The notes under the pieces were generated by a model, which was not told the DNA's origin, ran no database searches, and worked only from the letters and a program-made list of their open reading frames with translations. Below, in pieces: positions 1 through 9,836 of a DNA stretch of 64,000 bases. The position numbers and the translations under genes were made by a program. Source of the stretch: Candidatus Oxydemutator sp. Lineage in GTDB: Bacteria > Pseudomonadota > Gammaproteobacteria > Poriferisulfidales > Oxydemutatoraceae. The stretch spans positions 416,001 to 480,000 of the forward strand of contig OZ241883.1 of the NCBI GenBank assembly GCA_965203445.1, read 5' to 3'. Each line of letters begins with the position of its first letter. The first letter of the stretch is position 1.

Positions 1-273
<273 letters not shown>

Positions 274-353
274 TCATACAGGAAGGCGGGTTTTGCAGAC
301 GCGCGGGCGGGTTTGGCGCGCCGACGGCCGAGGCGGCGGTGCCGCGCGGCGTA

Positions 354-797
354 TCAGGAAGCGGATAGCCGCCGTTTGACTTCGCGGCTGACCTGGGCCA
401 GGTCGGCGCGGCCCTGCGCCATCTCCTTGACGGCGCCCATGACGCGCCCCATCGCGCGCATATCCGACGCGCCGGCCTGCTCGACGGCGCGGTCTATCAG
501 GCGCGCCAGCTCGTCGCCGGACAGCGGTTCGGGCAGATAACTCCGGATGACCTCAAGCTCGAATTGCTCGCGCGCGCGCAAGTCCTCGCGTTGCGCGTCG
601 GCGAACTGCCCCATCGCCTCGTTTCTCTGTTTGGCCATCTTTTGCAGCACCGCGACGACGCCGGCGTCGTCCAGCGCGGCGCGCTTGTCAATCTCGACGC
701 GCTTTATGTCCGACAGCATCAGCCGCAGCACCGAAAGGCGGCGCTTGTCGCCGGCCTTCAGCGCGGCCTTCATGTCGTCCGCGATGCGCGACTTCAT
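354..797 (-). CDS. GatB/YqeY domain protein
   Basis: MKAALKAGDK..LSVLR, KQR.E...F, YLPEPLS, MGRVMG motifs; follows rpsU. Confidence 0.93.
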   Translation of the reverse strand: MKSRIADDMKAALKAGDKRRLSVLRLMLSDIKRVEIDKRAALDDAGVVAVLQKMAKQRNEAMGQFADAQREDLRAREQFELEVIRSYLPEPLSGDELARLIDRAVEQAGASDMRAMGRVMGAVKEMAQGRADLAQVSREVKRRLSAS

Positions 798-808
798 CGC
801 CGCATGAA

Positions 809-1030
809 TCAGTAGCGGCGGTGCTGGCGGTGCTGGCGCCCGTTCATGGCACGGCGACGCTGGTGGCGCTTGATGGCGGCTATGGCCTTGCGCTTACGGG
901 CCGCCGTCGGCTTCTCGTAATGCTCGCGCTTGCGCACCTCGGCCATGATCCCGGCCTTTTCGCAGACGCGACGAAACCGCCGCAACGCGACGTCGAACGG
1001 TTCGCTTTCCTTGACTCGAATGCTAGGCAT
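809..1030 (-). CDS. rpsU: 30S ribosomal protein S21
   Basis: [21 protein letters not shown]...REHYEKPT; real start at ATG 1030. Confidence 0.97.
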   Translation of the reverse strand: MPSIRVKESEPFDVALRRFRRVCEKAGIMAEVRKREHYEKPTAARKRKAIAAIKRHQRRRAMNGRQHRQHRRY

Positions 1031-1058
1031 ACAATGTTGCTCCGGTAAAAGGAGCGCT

Positions 1059-1086
1059 ATTATACTGGCGGGGGAAGAGTTTTCAA
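1059..1086 (-). promoter_or_regulatory. sigma70 promoter of rpsU
   Basis: Minus strand TTGAAA-16 bp-TATAAT. Confidence 0.75.
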
Positions 1087-1094
1087 TTCCGAGA

Positions 1095-1275
1095 GGGTGG
1101 TTCGGGTTCCCTTGCCTCAGGTGCGGCGTTGCCGCCGGGTTTTTGAACTGGGCTCCCACTTTCGCGGGATGGTAAAGATTCACTGATTCGCCGACAAAAC
1201 AAGGCTTTCCCGAAATCTGTATCTTGGAGACGCATACATGCGGGATAACACCCAAAACAAGACACCCATGGCGGA
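1095..1275 (-). ncRNA. structured RNA of about 170-180 nt, possibly 6S-like
   Basis: Long G-U-rich closing stem (1249-1267 with 1104-1123) that pairs only on the minus strand; GAAA and GCAA tetraloop hairpins. Confidence 0.5.
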
Positions 1276-1287
1276 GGGTGGGCGCGC

Positions 1288-2112
1288 GTGAACGCAACGG
1301 CGGTTGACCGCTATGCGCTCGTCGGTTGCCCGGTCGGGCACAGCCTGTCGCCCGGGATACACGCGCGTTTCGCGGAGCAGACCGGCGAGGCCGTCGCCTA
1401 CGAGCTGCTCGAGGCGCCGCGCGACGGCTTTGCCGCGGCGCTTGCGCGCTTCGTTGCCGACGGCGGCAGGGGGTTGAACGTCACGCTGCCGTTCAAGGAG
1501 GAGGCGCATCGGCTGGCGAGTGCCGCCAGCGCGCGCGCGCGCGCGGCGGGTGCGGTCAACACGCTGGTGGTGCGCGCAAACGGCGACCTCTACGGCGACA
1601 ACACCGACGGCGCGGGCCTGCTGCGCGACCTGCACGCCAACTGCGGTTTGGAAACGAGCGGCCGCGACGTTCTCGTGCTCGGCGCCGGCGGCGCCGCGCG
1701 CGGCATCATCCTGCCGTTGCTCGAAAGCGGCGTCGCGTCGCTCGTGATCGCAAACCGCACCGTCGAACGCGCGCGTTCGCTCGAACGCCTGTTCGGCTCC
1801 GCCGGCGCCGTTGCCGCGTGCGCACCCGGCGATCTCGACGGCCGCCGCTTTCACGGCATCGTCAACGCGACTTCGGCCAGCCTTGCGGGCGAGGTGCCGC
1901 CGCTGCCCGAATCGGTCGAGGCGAAATGGGGCTACGACCTCGCCTACACCGAAGACGGCGCGACCGCCTTCGTCCGCTGGCTCGAAAAAAAAGGCGTCCG
2001 ACGGGCCTTTGACGGCTTCGGCATGTTGGTGGAGCAAGCCGCCGAATCTTTCTACCTGTGGCGCGGCGTGCGCCCGCAGACGGCGCCGGTAATCCGCGAG
2101 TTGCGCGGCTGA
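1288..2112 (+). CDS. aroE: shikimate dehydrogenase
   Basis: [41 protein letters not shown]. Confidence 0.96.
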   Translation: MNATAVDRYALVGCPVGHSLSPGIHARFAEQTGEAVAYELLEAPRDGFAAALARFVADGGRGLNVTLPFKEEAHRLASAASARARAAGAVNTLVVRANGDLYGDNTDGAGLLRDLHANCGLETSGRDVLVLGAGGAARGIILPLLESGVASLVIANRTVERARSLERLFGSAGAVAACAPGDLDGRRFHGIVNATSASLAGEVPPLPESVEAKWGYDLAYTEDGATAFVRWLEKKGVRRAFDGFGMLVEQAAESFYLWRGVRPQTAPVIRELRG

Positions 2113-2309
2113 AGAACCACCCATCACGTACACGACAATGTAATTGCCGCCGCCCCAAAGCGCACAACGCTTTCTCATCCGATGGCAGGCGGCGCGCCCC
2201 TCGCACCTTTCTACAATTTGTCCGGCCTGCCGGCAAGACAATATCAACTTATAAAATACGCACCAGGGGGGCGCGGCCCTCTTTTGCGTCTTGTCGGTCG
2301 GAGCACGTG

Positions 2310-2843
2310 TTACGCACCCGCCGCGTGTCGGTTTTTCAGTTCCACGTAGTGGCGCGCGGAGAAAAGCAGGAATTCTCTCTCCTCGTCGTTCAGTTCGCGG
2401 ATTTTTCTCACCGGGCTGCCCATCCACAGAAAGCCGCCCTCGATTTCTTTGGCGGTCGGAACCAGGCTATGCGCGGCTATCATCGCGCCGTCGCCGACCA
2501 CGGCGCCGTCCAACACCGTCGAACCCATACCGATCAGGCAGCCGTCGCCAAGCGTACACGCGTGGACGACGGCGTTGTGGCCTATGGTGACGCGGTCGCC
2601 CACGTGCAGCGGATAGCCGCCCGGCGCGAAACGGCTGGCACCGGTCACGTGGAGCACGGTCCCGTCTTGCACGTTGGTGCCGTCGCCGATGCGGATGGCC
2701 GCGACGTCGCCGCGCGCAACGCTCATCGGCCATAGCGAGCTGTCGGCGCCGATGACGACGTCACCCACGACCAGCGCGGTGTCATCTACAAAGGCCGTCG
2801 GGTGGATACGCGGCGTCTTGCCGCCTAATTCTCGGACGTTCAT
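2310..2843 (-). CDS. gamma carbonic anhydrase family protein (YrdA-like)
   Basis: Hexapeptide repeats, RGD, TNVQDG..LH, IGH...H. Confidence 0.93.
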   Translation of the reverse strand: MNVRELGGKTPRIHPTAFVDDTALVVGDVVIGADSSLWPMSVARGDVAAIRIGDGTNVQDGTVLHVTGASRFAPGGYPLHVGDRVTIGHNAVVHACTLGDGCLIGMGSTVLDGAVVGDGAMIAAHSLVPTAKEIEGGFLWMGSPVRKIRELNDEEREFLLFSARHYVELKNRHAAGA

Positions 2844-3007
2844 CGCGGACGCGGCAGTATAGCAAAAGCGGTTTTCGGCCTTAACAGTGTGATACCCGAC
2901 GCGGAATCATCGCCCGCCGCCACGGTGACGGCGGGCGCGGGCGCGGGCATTGCGTTCGCGGCGACGTCGTGACGCAAGATTAATTTTTTAATTGAGGGAG
3001 TAGAAAA

Positions 3008-3382
3008 ATGGGACAGAACAATACGATGAATCTGTCGTCTTCGATGGATACGGCGTCTGCGACTCTAGCCGCGCGGTGCTACGGCGATCCGGATTTTGCC
3101 AGGCGCCTGCGTGAGGATCCGAAGGCGGTGATCGAGGAGACGTGCGGCAAGAAATTGCCGGAATCTCTTGTGATCGAAGTTCACGAAAACGACGGCAGGA
3201 CGTGGCACGTGCCGGTTCCCCGAGGTGGGGACACCGACAAGCTGTCCGATGAGCAGTTGAAGGACGTCAGCGGGGGCTTCGAGATTGTCGTGGCGGCGCT
3301 GGTAGCCACCTCGATAGCGGTGGGCACGACCGTTGTCGGCGCGGTTGCCGCCGGGATGGTCCCGAGTCGGAATCAGGACTGA
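3008..3382 (+). CDS. NHLP-leader (proteusin-type) RiPP precursor peptide
   Basis: Nitrile-hydratase-like leader (DPDFARRLREDPKAVIEE..., IEVHE), double-Gly site LSDEQLKDVSGG, 34-aa V/A/T/G-rich core; RBS GAGGGAG. Confidence 0.88.
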   Translation: MGQNNTMNLSSSMDTASATLAARCYGDPDFARRLREDPKAVIEETCGKKLPESLVIEVHENDGRTWHVPVPRGGDTDKLSDEQLKDVSGGFEIVVAALVATSIAVGTTVVGAVAAGMVPSRNQD

Positions 3383-3384
3383 CG

Positions 3385-3560
3385 AGGTTTTCGGCCCGCC
3401 CTCTCCTAGAGGGAGAGGGCTGCATTACGGGCCTGCGGACAACTTTCCCCAGAGGGAGAGGGTTTGGGTGGGGTTCCTTCCGCCACCCTCTCCCAGAGGG
3501 AGAAGTTTGATTATTCTCCTTTATTCAGAGGTCTCCGAAAAACACGGGGCGGTTCATCCT
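3385..3560. repeat. composite CCCTCTCC..GGGAGAGGG palindromic repeat cluster
   Basis: Three hairpin units plus linkers shared with 8003-8110, 32027-32216 and 33370-33538. Confidence 0.8.
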
Positions 3561-3677
3561 GCCGTCTAATTCTGAATGCCCATCGCGGGCACGGCGACGT
3601 AACAAAAGCGGTTTTCGGCCGTCGTTCGTCGGCCAAACGGGGCGTTTCGTCGCCGCGGCGCGAGTGCGTGGTCTTGC

Positions 3678-4643
3678 GTGCGCCGACAATGGGGCATGGC
3701 TTATCGCGGAACTCATGGCGGAACTCGTCGCGGGGCAGGCCCGCCGCGCGGCTTTACGTTGGTGGAGATGCTGTCGGCGCTGACGCTGTCCGCACTGCTG
3801 ATCACTGCGCTGTTGACGTTGCAGCAAAACGCCGGGTTGGCGCACGTCGCCGCCGAGGAGCGCGCCGCCGCGACCCAGAAGCTGATCGTGTTGCGCCGCG
3901 AACTCGCCGACGCCGTCAGCGGCGTGATCCCGTCTTGCGCGAAAAAGAAAGATCGTTTCAACTTGATCACGGCCCCGCGCTTCTGGTTGCGGCCGTTCGA
4001 GGGCACGGTGCGGGTCTATGCCGGGAGTGAAACACCGACGGACATGAAAAAAACCGGCGCGCGTCCCGGCGAGCGCCGCGCGGACAGCGACTTCCTGGTG
4101 ATACGCGGCGCGGTGCTGCCGGCCGTCGCGGTCACCAGCCATACCGCGACGGGTTCCTTTCGCGTCTCGGACGCGGCCGGCTTCAAGCGCGGCGACGTCG
4201 CGCTGGTCTGCGGCGAACAGGCGAGCGTGCTGTTTCAGATCGCTGGCATCGGCGGGAGTTCGCTGCGCTATTCGGGCGGCGGCATGGCGCCCGGCAATTT
4301 CGCGTTCGGCGGCGGTGCCGTCGCCACGCGCTACACGGCGTCTGTCTTCTACGTCGGCGTCGGCAAGTCCGGCGACGGCTTTTCGCTGTACCGGCGTCGG
4401 CTCCCCGACGAGAACAGCGAGGCCAAACGGCGCTCGACGCTGTTGAACGCCGAGGAAATCGTCACCGGCATAAGGCGAATCGCCGCGCACGTCATCGTGC
4501 GCGACGGCGACCGCTTCCGCTATGCCAAGAGCGACTCTGGCGCCGGCGAACCCTTCGCAATCGAGATCGAGGCCGTGATCGCCGCGCGCGCCGGCTCAGC
4601 CGACGACGCCGGCGAGCGTCATGCGTTCACGATCGCGCTGTAG
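3678..4643 (+). CDS. type IV minor pilin, PilW-like
   Basis: Prepilin motif GFTLVEML, hydrophobic helix, C-terminal EEIVTGI; upstream of pilX/pilE-like genes. Confidence 0.75.
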   Translation: MRRQWGMAYRGTHGGTRRGAGPPRGFTLVEMLSALTLSALLITALLTLQQNAGLAHVAAEERAAATQKLIVLRRELADAVSGVIPSCAKKKDRFNLITAPRFWLRPFEGTVRVYAGSETPTDMKKTGARPGERRADSDFLVIRGAVLPAVAVTSHTATGSFRVSDAAGFKRGDVALVCGEQASVLFQIAGIGGSSLRYSGGGMAPGNFAFGGGAVATRYTASVFYVGVGKSGDGFSLYRRRLPDENSEAKRRSTLLNAEEIVTGIRRIAAHVIVRDGDRFRYAKSDSGAGEPFAIEIEAVIAARAGSADDAGERHAFTIAL

Positions 4644-5142
4644 CGCGGGTGCGCGCCACGCGTGCGCCGGCAGCGTCCTGCCGCTGGTGCTGGTGATGCT
4701 GTCGCTGGCGGCGCTGATGACCAGCGCCGGTCTCGAGCGTTCCGCCGACCGCTCGCTGCTGGCAAGCGCCGCGACCGAGCGCGACCGCCTGCGCGAAACC
4801 GCGTGGGCGGCGTTGGCGGCAGGCGTGCGCGACGCCAAGACCCGCACCTGTGCGGCCGATTTTCAAGCCGATAAGGACGGACGCTACGCCGAGGCGCGCG
4901 TCGCCCGTTGGGGCAAGGACTATCCGTGGGCGGCCGCCACCGACGCGCACCTGGGCGAAGACGGCGTTATCGCCGGCTTTATCATCGAACGACTGGCGCA
5001 CGACGATGACGACGGGCGCTGCCGCCTGCTGGTCACCGCCGGGGTGCGCGCCGCCGGCGGCGACCGCCTGTTCGGGCAGGCGCTGCTGTCGCCGTCGCGG
5101 GCGGCGCCGGACGCCGTGCGCATATTCGTCCCGGTTCGATGA
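4621..5142 (+). CDS. PilX-like minor pilin
   Basis: GSVLPLVLVMLSLAALM N-terminus (no Glu5), C-terminal LVTAG; position in operon; start uncertain. Confidence 0.65.
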   Translation: MRSRSRCSAGARHACAGSVLPLVLVMLSLAALMTSAGLERSADRSLLASAATERDRLRETAWAALAAGVRDAKTRTCAADFQADKDGRYAEARVARWGKDYPWAAATDAHLGEDGVIAGFIIERLAHDDDDGRCRLLVTAGVRAAGGDRLFGQALLSPSRAAPDAVRIFVPVR

Positions 5143-5555
5143 GACGCCGGCGCGCGCACGACCGACGGCGACACGCGCGCGGTTTCACGCTGGTCGAGCT
5201 GATGGTGACCATCGCCATCGTCGCGTTGCTCCTGACGACGGCGATGCCGGCCTACCGCGCGTACAGCGAGAAACTGATGATAGTGGACGGGCGCAACCAC
5301 CTGGTCGAGCTGATGTATCTGCAACACAAATACTTCGCCGAAAAAGCGACCTACACCGTTGATCCGGTCAAACACCTGGGCGTGGAGGACACGCTGTCGG
5401 ACAAAGGCCACTACCGCGTGACCGCCGCCGCCTGCGGCGGCGGCATCGCCGAATGCGTGCGCCTGTCGGCGGCGCCGGCGGCCGAGGACTCGGGCTTGCA
5501 GACGCTGACGCTCGACTCGCGCGGCGCGCGCACGCCGCGGAAATTATGGCGTTGA
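5139..5555 (+). CDS. type IV pilin, PilE-like
   Basis: RGFTLVELMVTIAIVALL..AMPAY, C-terminal LTLDSRG. Confidence 0.85.
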   Translation: MRRRRAHDRRRHARGFTLVELMVTIAIVALLLTTAMPAYRAYSEKLMIVDGRNHLVELMYLQHKYFAEKATYTVDPVKHLGVEDTLSDKGHYRVTAAACGGGIAECVRLSAAPAAEDSGLQTLTLDSRGARTPRKLWR

Positions 5556-7964
5556 CGCGCGCCTGGATTTTTTGTTCGCGGGTGCGCGCCGTTTCGCCGT
5601 GCTCTTCTTCTTGGCGCGGGCTTTTTTGGCCGCCGCTTTTTTGGCCGGCGTTCCCTTCGCCGACCTTTTGCGCGCCGGCGCGTCCTTTATCAGCTGCCTG
5701 CATTCTGCGAGCGTCAACTCCGACGGTTGCCTGTCCTTCGGCACGCTCGCGTTTTGCGAACCGTCGGTAACGTACGGCCCGTAGCGGCCGTTCAACACGC
5801 GCACACCGGCTTCGGGAAACTCCCGGATCAGCCTCTTCGCGTCGGCCAGCTTTTTCTCCTCGACCAGTTCGAGCGCGCGCGCCGCGCTGATCTCGTACGG
5901 ATCGTCCTCCCGGATCGAGACGTAGCGGTCGCCGTACTTGACGTACGGCCCATAGCGCCCGATGCCGACCAACATCGGCTCCCCCTGCGGCGTATGTCCG
6001 AGGTCGCGCGGCAGCTTGAACAGCTCGAGCGCCTCTTCGAGCGTAATGGTCTCCGTTTGCTGGCCCTTGCGCAGGCTCGCAAAGCGCGGCTTCTCGTCGT
6101 CCTCGGCGGTGCCGATCTGGACGAACGGGCCGTAGCGGCCGTGGCGCACGACAATCGGCTTGCCGGTCTTCGGGTCGTCGCCTAGCACGCGCGCCTGCGA
6201 CGCCTCCTGCTTGGTGATCGCCGCCTTATCCTCGACGCGCCGCTTGAACGGGCGCCAGAAATCGTCCAGCACCGGTACCCATTCCTTTTCGCCGCGCGAC
6301 ACCGCGTCGAGCGCGTCCTCGAGGCGCGCGGTGAAACCGTAATCCACGTATTGGTCGAAATGGTCGGTCAGAAAACGGTTGACGAGGCGCCCGGTCGGCG
6401 TCGGGTGAAAGCGCCGGTTGTCGAGCACCGCGTAGTTGCGGCTTTGCAGCGTCGAGATGATGCTGGCGTAGGTCGAGGGGCGGCCGATGCCGTATTCCTC
6501 GAGCGTCTTGATCAGCGTCGCCTCGTTGTAGCGCGGCGGCGGTTCGGTGAAATGCTGCTCCGGGATGACCTCGCGCAAGTCGACCGTGTCCCCTTCCGCC
6601 AACGCCGGCAGTTTGCTCTCCTTGTCCGCGCCCGCTTTTGTGCTCTCCTCCCGGGCGTCGTCCGTGCCCTCGGTATAGACCAGCATGAAGCCGGGATCGC
6701 GCATGGTCGAGCCGGTGGCGCGGAACGTGCAGCCTTTGCCGCACGCGAAGTCCACCGATACCACGTCGAACGTCGCCGGTATCATCTGGCAGGCGACCGC
6801 GCGCTTCCAGATCAGGTCGTAGAGCTTGAGCTGGTCGCCGCTCAGGTGCGCGCGCACGTCGCGCGGCGCGCGCGCCGCCGACGTCGGACGGATGGCCTCG
6901 TGCGCCTCCTGCGCGTTCTTGGATTTGGTCTTATAGACGTTCGGCTTCGGCGGCAGCTGGGCGTCGCCGAAGCGCGCCGCGATATAGGCGCGCAAGTCCT
7001 CGAGCGCCTCGCGCGCGAGCGTAACCGAGTCGGTGCGCATGTAGGTGATCAGGCCGACCGGGCCGGAACCGAGATCCACGCCTTCGTACAGTTGCTGCGC
7101 GACGCGCATCGTGTGCGACGAACGAAAGCGCAGCTTGCGCGCGGCCTCCTGTTGCAGCGTCGAGGTGATGAACGGCGGCGGCGGACGGCGCTTGCGCTGT
7201 TTCTTCACGCAGCGCGTGACCGGAATCGAGTCGCCGGTGTTTTCGTCTATCTGCCGGCACAGACGCTTCGCGTGTTTCTCGTCGGCGACGTCGAACTGCT
7301 CTAGTTTGCGTCCGTCGGCCTCGATCAGTTTGGCGGCGAAGGCGATGCCGTCCTTCGCAAGGCGCGCCTCTATAGTCCAGTATTCGCGCGCTTCAAACGC
7401 CTCGATTTCCTCCTCGCGCTCGACCAGCAGGCGCAACGCCGGACTCTGCACGCGCCCCGCCGACAGGCCGCTGCCGCCGATCTTGCGCCACAGCAGCGGC
7501 GACAGGTTGAAGCCGACCAGGTAGTCGAGCGCGCGCCGCGCCTGTTGCGCGTTGACCAGGACGTCCGACACCACGCGCGGATGGGCGATTGCGTCGCGCA
7601 CCGCGCGCTTCGTGATCTCGTGGAACACCACGCGGTACACTTTCTTGTTCTTGAGCGCGTTCTGCTGGCGCAGGATTTCGCACAGATGCCACGAGATGGC
7701 CTCGCCTTCGCGGTCGGGGTCGGTCGCCAGATACAGCGCGTCGGCCTTCTTCAGGTGTCGTATTATGTTCTTTACGTGTTTCTCGTTGCGCTCGATGATC
7801 TCGTACTTCATCTCGAAGTTGTTTTCGGTGTCCACCGCGCCCTCTTTCGGCACCAGATCGCGGACGTGACCGTACGAGGCCATGATCTCGAAGTCCGGCC
7901 CAAGGTACTTCTTCAGCGTCCGCGACTTCGCGGGCGACTCGACAATTAACAGGTTGCTGCTCAT
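5544..7964 (-). CDS. topA: DNA topoisomerase I
   Basis: IVESPAK, ATDPDREGE, SAGRVQS, ITYMRTDS, GIGRPSTY, C-terminal GRYGP repeats and Lys-rich tail. Confidence 0.98.
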   Translation of the reverse strand: MSSNLLIVESPAKSRTLKKYLGPDFEIMASYGHVRDLVPKEGAVDTENNFEMKYEIIERNEKHVKNIIRHLKKADALYLATDPDREGEAISWHLCEILRQQNALKNKKVYRVVFHEITKRAVRDAIAHPRVVSDVLVNAQQARRALDYLVGFNLSPLLWRKIGGSGLSAGRVQSPALRLLVEREEEIEAFEAREYWTIEARLAKDGIAFAAKLIEADGRKLEQFDVADEKHAKRLCRQIDENTGDSIPVTRCVKKQRKRRPPPPFITSTLQQEAARKLRFRSSHTMRVAQQLYEGVDLGSGPVGLITYMRTDSVTLAREALEDLRAYIAARFGDAQLPPKPNVYKTKSKNAQEAHEAIRPTSAARAPRDVRAHLSGDQLKLYDLIWKRAVACQMIPATFDVVSVDFACGKGCTFRATGSTMRDPGFMLVYTEGTDDAREESTKAGADKESKLPALAEGDTVDLREVIPEQHFTEPPPRYNEATLIKTLEEYGIGRPSTYASIISTLQSRNYAVLDNRRFHPTPTGRLVNRFLTDHFDQYVDYGFTARLEDALDAVSRGEKEWVPVLDDFWRPFKRRVEDKAAITKQEASQARVLGDDPKTGKPIVVRHGRYGPFVQIGTAEDDEKPRFASLRKGQQTETITLEEALELFKLPRDLGHTPQGEPMLVGIGRYGPYVKYGDRYVSIREDDPYEISAARALELVEEKKLADAKRLIREFPEAGVRVLNGRYGPYVTDGSQNASVPKDRQPSELTLAECRQLIKDAPARKRSAKGTPAKKAAAKKARAKKKSTAKRRAPANKKSRRASTP

Positions 7965-8002
7965 CGGGTTTTCTCGAAAGGGAAGCGATTATATACATAA
8001 AC

Positions 8003-8110
8003 CGCCCACCCTCTCCTAGGGGGAGAGGGTTACATTTTAGCCCACCCTCCCCTAGAGGGGAGGGTTACGTTACGGGTCTGCGGACAACTTCTCCCGGAGG
8101 GAGAAGGTCG
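8003..8110. repeat. CCCTCTCC-type palindromic repeat cluster
   Basis: Three hairpin units with the same linkers as 3385-3470. Confidence 0.8.
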
Positions 8111-8130
8111 GACAGATAGTGGGAGGGGGG

Positions 8131-8159
8131 TTGAACAACGTTGCGCGCGGCGTTAGACT
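8131..8159 (+). promoter_or_regulatory. sigma70 promoter of rpsT
   Basis: TTGAAC-17 bp-TAGACT, 9 nt before the ATG. Confidence 0.7.
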
Positions 8160-8168
8160 GCGCACTTT

Positions 8169-8432
8169 ATGGCCAACTCGACTTCGGCGCGCAAAAGCGC
8201 AAGGCAGGCGGAGAAACGCAGGTTGCATAACGCGGGTTTGCGCACGCGCCTGCGCACCCATGTCAAGAACGTCGCCAAGGCGGTCGTCGCCGGCGATGCC
8301 GAGGGCGCGCGCGCCGCCTACGAAAAGGCGGTGCCGATCATTGATTCCAGCGTCAACAAAAATCTGATTCACAAGAACAAGGCGGCGCGGCACAAAAGCC
8401 GCTTGAACCGCCTGCTGCGGCAGGCAAACTGA
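8169..8432 (+). CDS. rpsT: 30S ribosomal protein S20
   Basis: [21 protein letters not shown]...[13 protein letters not shown]. Confidence 0.97.
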   Translation: MANSTSARKSARQAEKRRLHNAGLRTRLRTHVKNVAKAVVAGDAEGARAAYEKAVPIIDSSVNKNLIHKNKAARHKSRLNRLLRQAN

Positions 8433-8610
8433 CCGCCGGGAACGGGGCGCCGGCGCCCGACTTGCGCTCGACCGAACTCCCCCGGCTTCCTGCACCCGTT
8501 GTTCCCGTCGTACCTTCCCCACTCCCTGCCCGAACGGGTAGCGCGGCAATCGGCGCCGATAAAGCGCCGCGAGCAGCGCTGGGCCCTAGGCATCGAATAT
8601 AATCCCGCCG

Positions 8611-9738
8611 ATGAAGCACGCGGACGCCAAGCGCTGGGTCGTCAAGGTCGGCAGTTCGCTTGTGACCGACGACGGTTGCGGTCTCAACCTGGATTTGATC
8701 GGCGACTGGGCGGCCCAGATCGCGCGGCTGGTGCGCGGCGGGCGGCAGGTCGCGCTGGTGTCTTCGGGCTCGATCGCGGCCGGCATGCACGAGCTTGGCC
8801 GGCGCGACAGACCGCAGACGCTGCACGCCCTGCAGGCCGCGGCCGCGGTCGGTCAGATGGGGCTGATGCAGGGCTACCGGCAGGCTTTCGCCGGCCACGG
8901 CGTGACCACCGCGCAGGTGCTGCTGACGCACGAGGATTTCCGAGACCGCCAACGCTATCTGAACGCGCGCGCGGCGCTGACCGCGCTGCTCGAATTGGGC
9001 GCGGCGCCGGTCATCAACGAAAACGACACCGTCTCCACCGACGAGATCCAGCTCGGCGACAACGACACGCTGGCGGCGCAGGTCGCAAACCTGCTCGACG
9101 CCGGCCTGTTGCTGATTCTGACCAACCGGGAGGGTCTCCTCGAACGCGATCCGGCGCGCGACGCCGACGCCCGGCTGATACACGTCGCGGACACGAACGA
9201 CGCGCGGCTCGACCGGGCGGCGGGTCCCAGCAGCGGCGAACTGGGGCGCGGCGGCATGATCACCAAGGTGGCGGCGGCTCGGTGCGCGGCGCTGTCCGGC
9301 GCCTCGACCGTGATCGCGTCGGGGCGCGAACCGGACGTGATCGAACGCATCGCGTCGGGCGAGCGCATCGGCACGCTGATACAGGCCGCCGGCCAGCCGC
9401 TCGCGCTCAGAAAGCGCTGGATCATGAACCTCAAGCCGCGCGGCGCACTGACGTTGGACGACGGCGCCTGTAAGGCGCTGCGCGAACTCGGCAAAAGCCT
9501 GCTGCCGGTCGGCGTCGCCGCGCTCGACGGCGACTTCCGGCGCGGCGACGCGGTCACGTGCCGCACCGCCGCCGGGCGGCCGGTCGCGCGCGGCCTCGCC
9601 AACTACGCCGCCGACGAGGCGCGCCTGATCATCGGCAAGGGCGGCGCCGAGGTAAAGGCGATCATGGGCGCGCGCTACGAGGCGGAGCTGATCCACCGCG
9701 ACAATCTCGCGCTGGAAGGCGCGGCCGACGCGAGGTAA
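8611..9738 (+). CDS. proB: glutamate 5-kinase
   Basis: VVKVGSS, VSSGS, INENDTV, GDND, GGMITK, PUA domain. Confidence 0.97.
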   Translation: MKHADAKRWVVKVGSSLVTDDGCGLNLDLIGDWAAQIARLVRGGRQVALVSSGSIAAGMHELGRRDRPQTLHALQAAAAVGQMGLMQGYRQAFAGHGVTTAQVLLTHEDFRDRQRYLNARAALTALLELGAAPVINENDTVSTDEIQLGDNDTLAAQVANLLDAGLLLILTNREGLLERDPARDADARLIHVADTNDARLDRAAGPSSGELGRGGMITKVAAARCAALSGASTVIASGREPDVIERIASGERIGTLIQAAGQPLALRKRWIMNLKPRGALTLDDGACKALRELGKSLLPVGVAALDGDFRRGDAVTCRTAAGRPVARGLANYAADEARLIIGKGGAEVKAIMGARYEAELIHRDNLALEGAADAR

Positions 9739-9836
9739 CCCCGAGGCGAGACGGGAGGCGCAGAGGGTGCGGCACGACCCGGCGCCAGCGACCGCCTCGG
9801 GCGCCCCCTCCTGTATAATGCGCGGTCGCCGTTTCA

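Noticed and set aside
3270-3382. GG|FEIVV as a prepilin cleavage site, given the neighbouring pilins
   Set aside because: Glu is at +2, not +5, and the long NHLP leader with a double-Gly motif explains it better.
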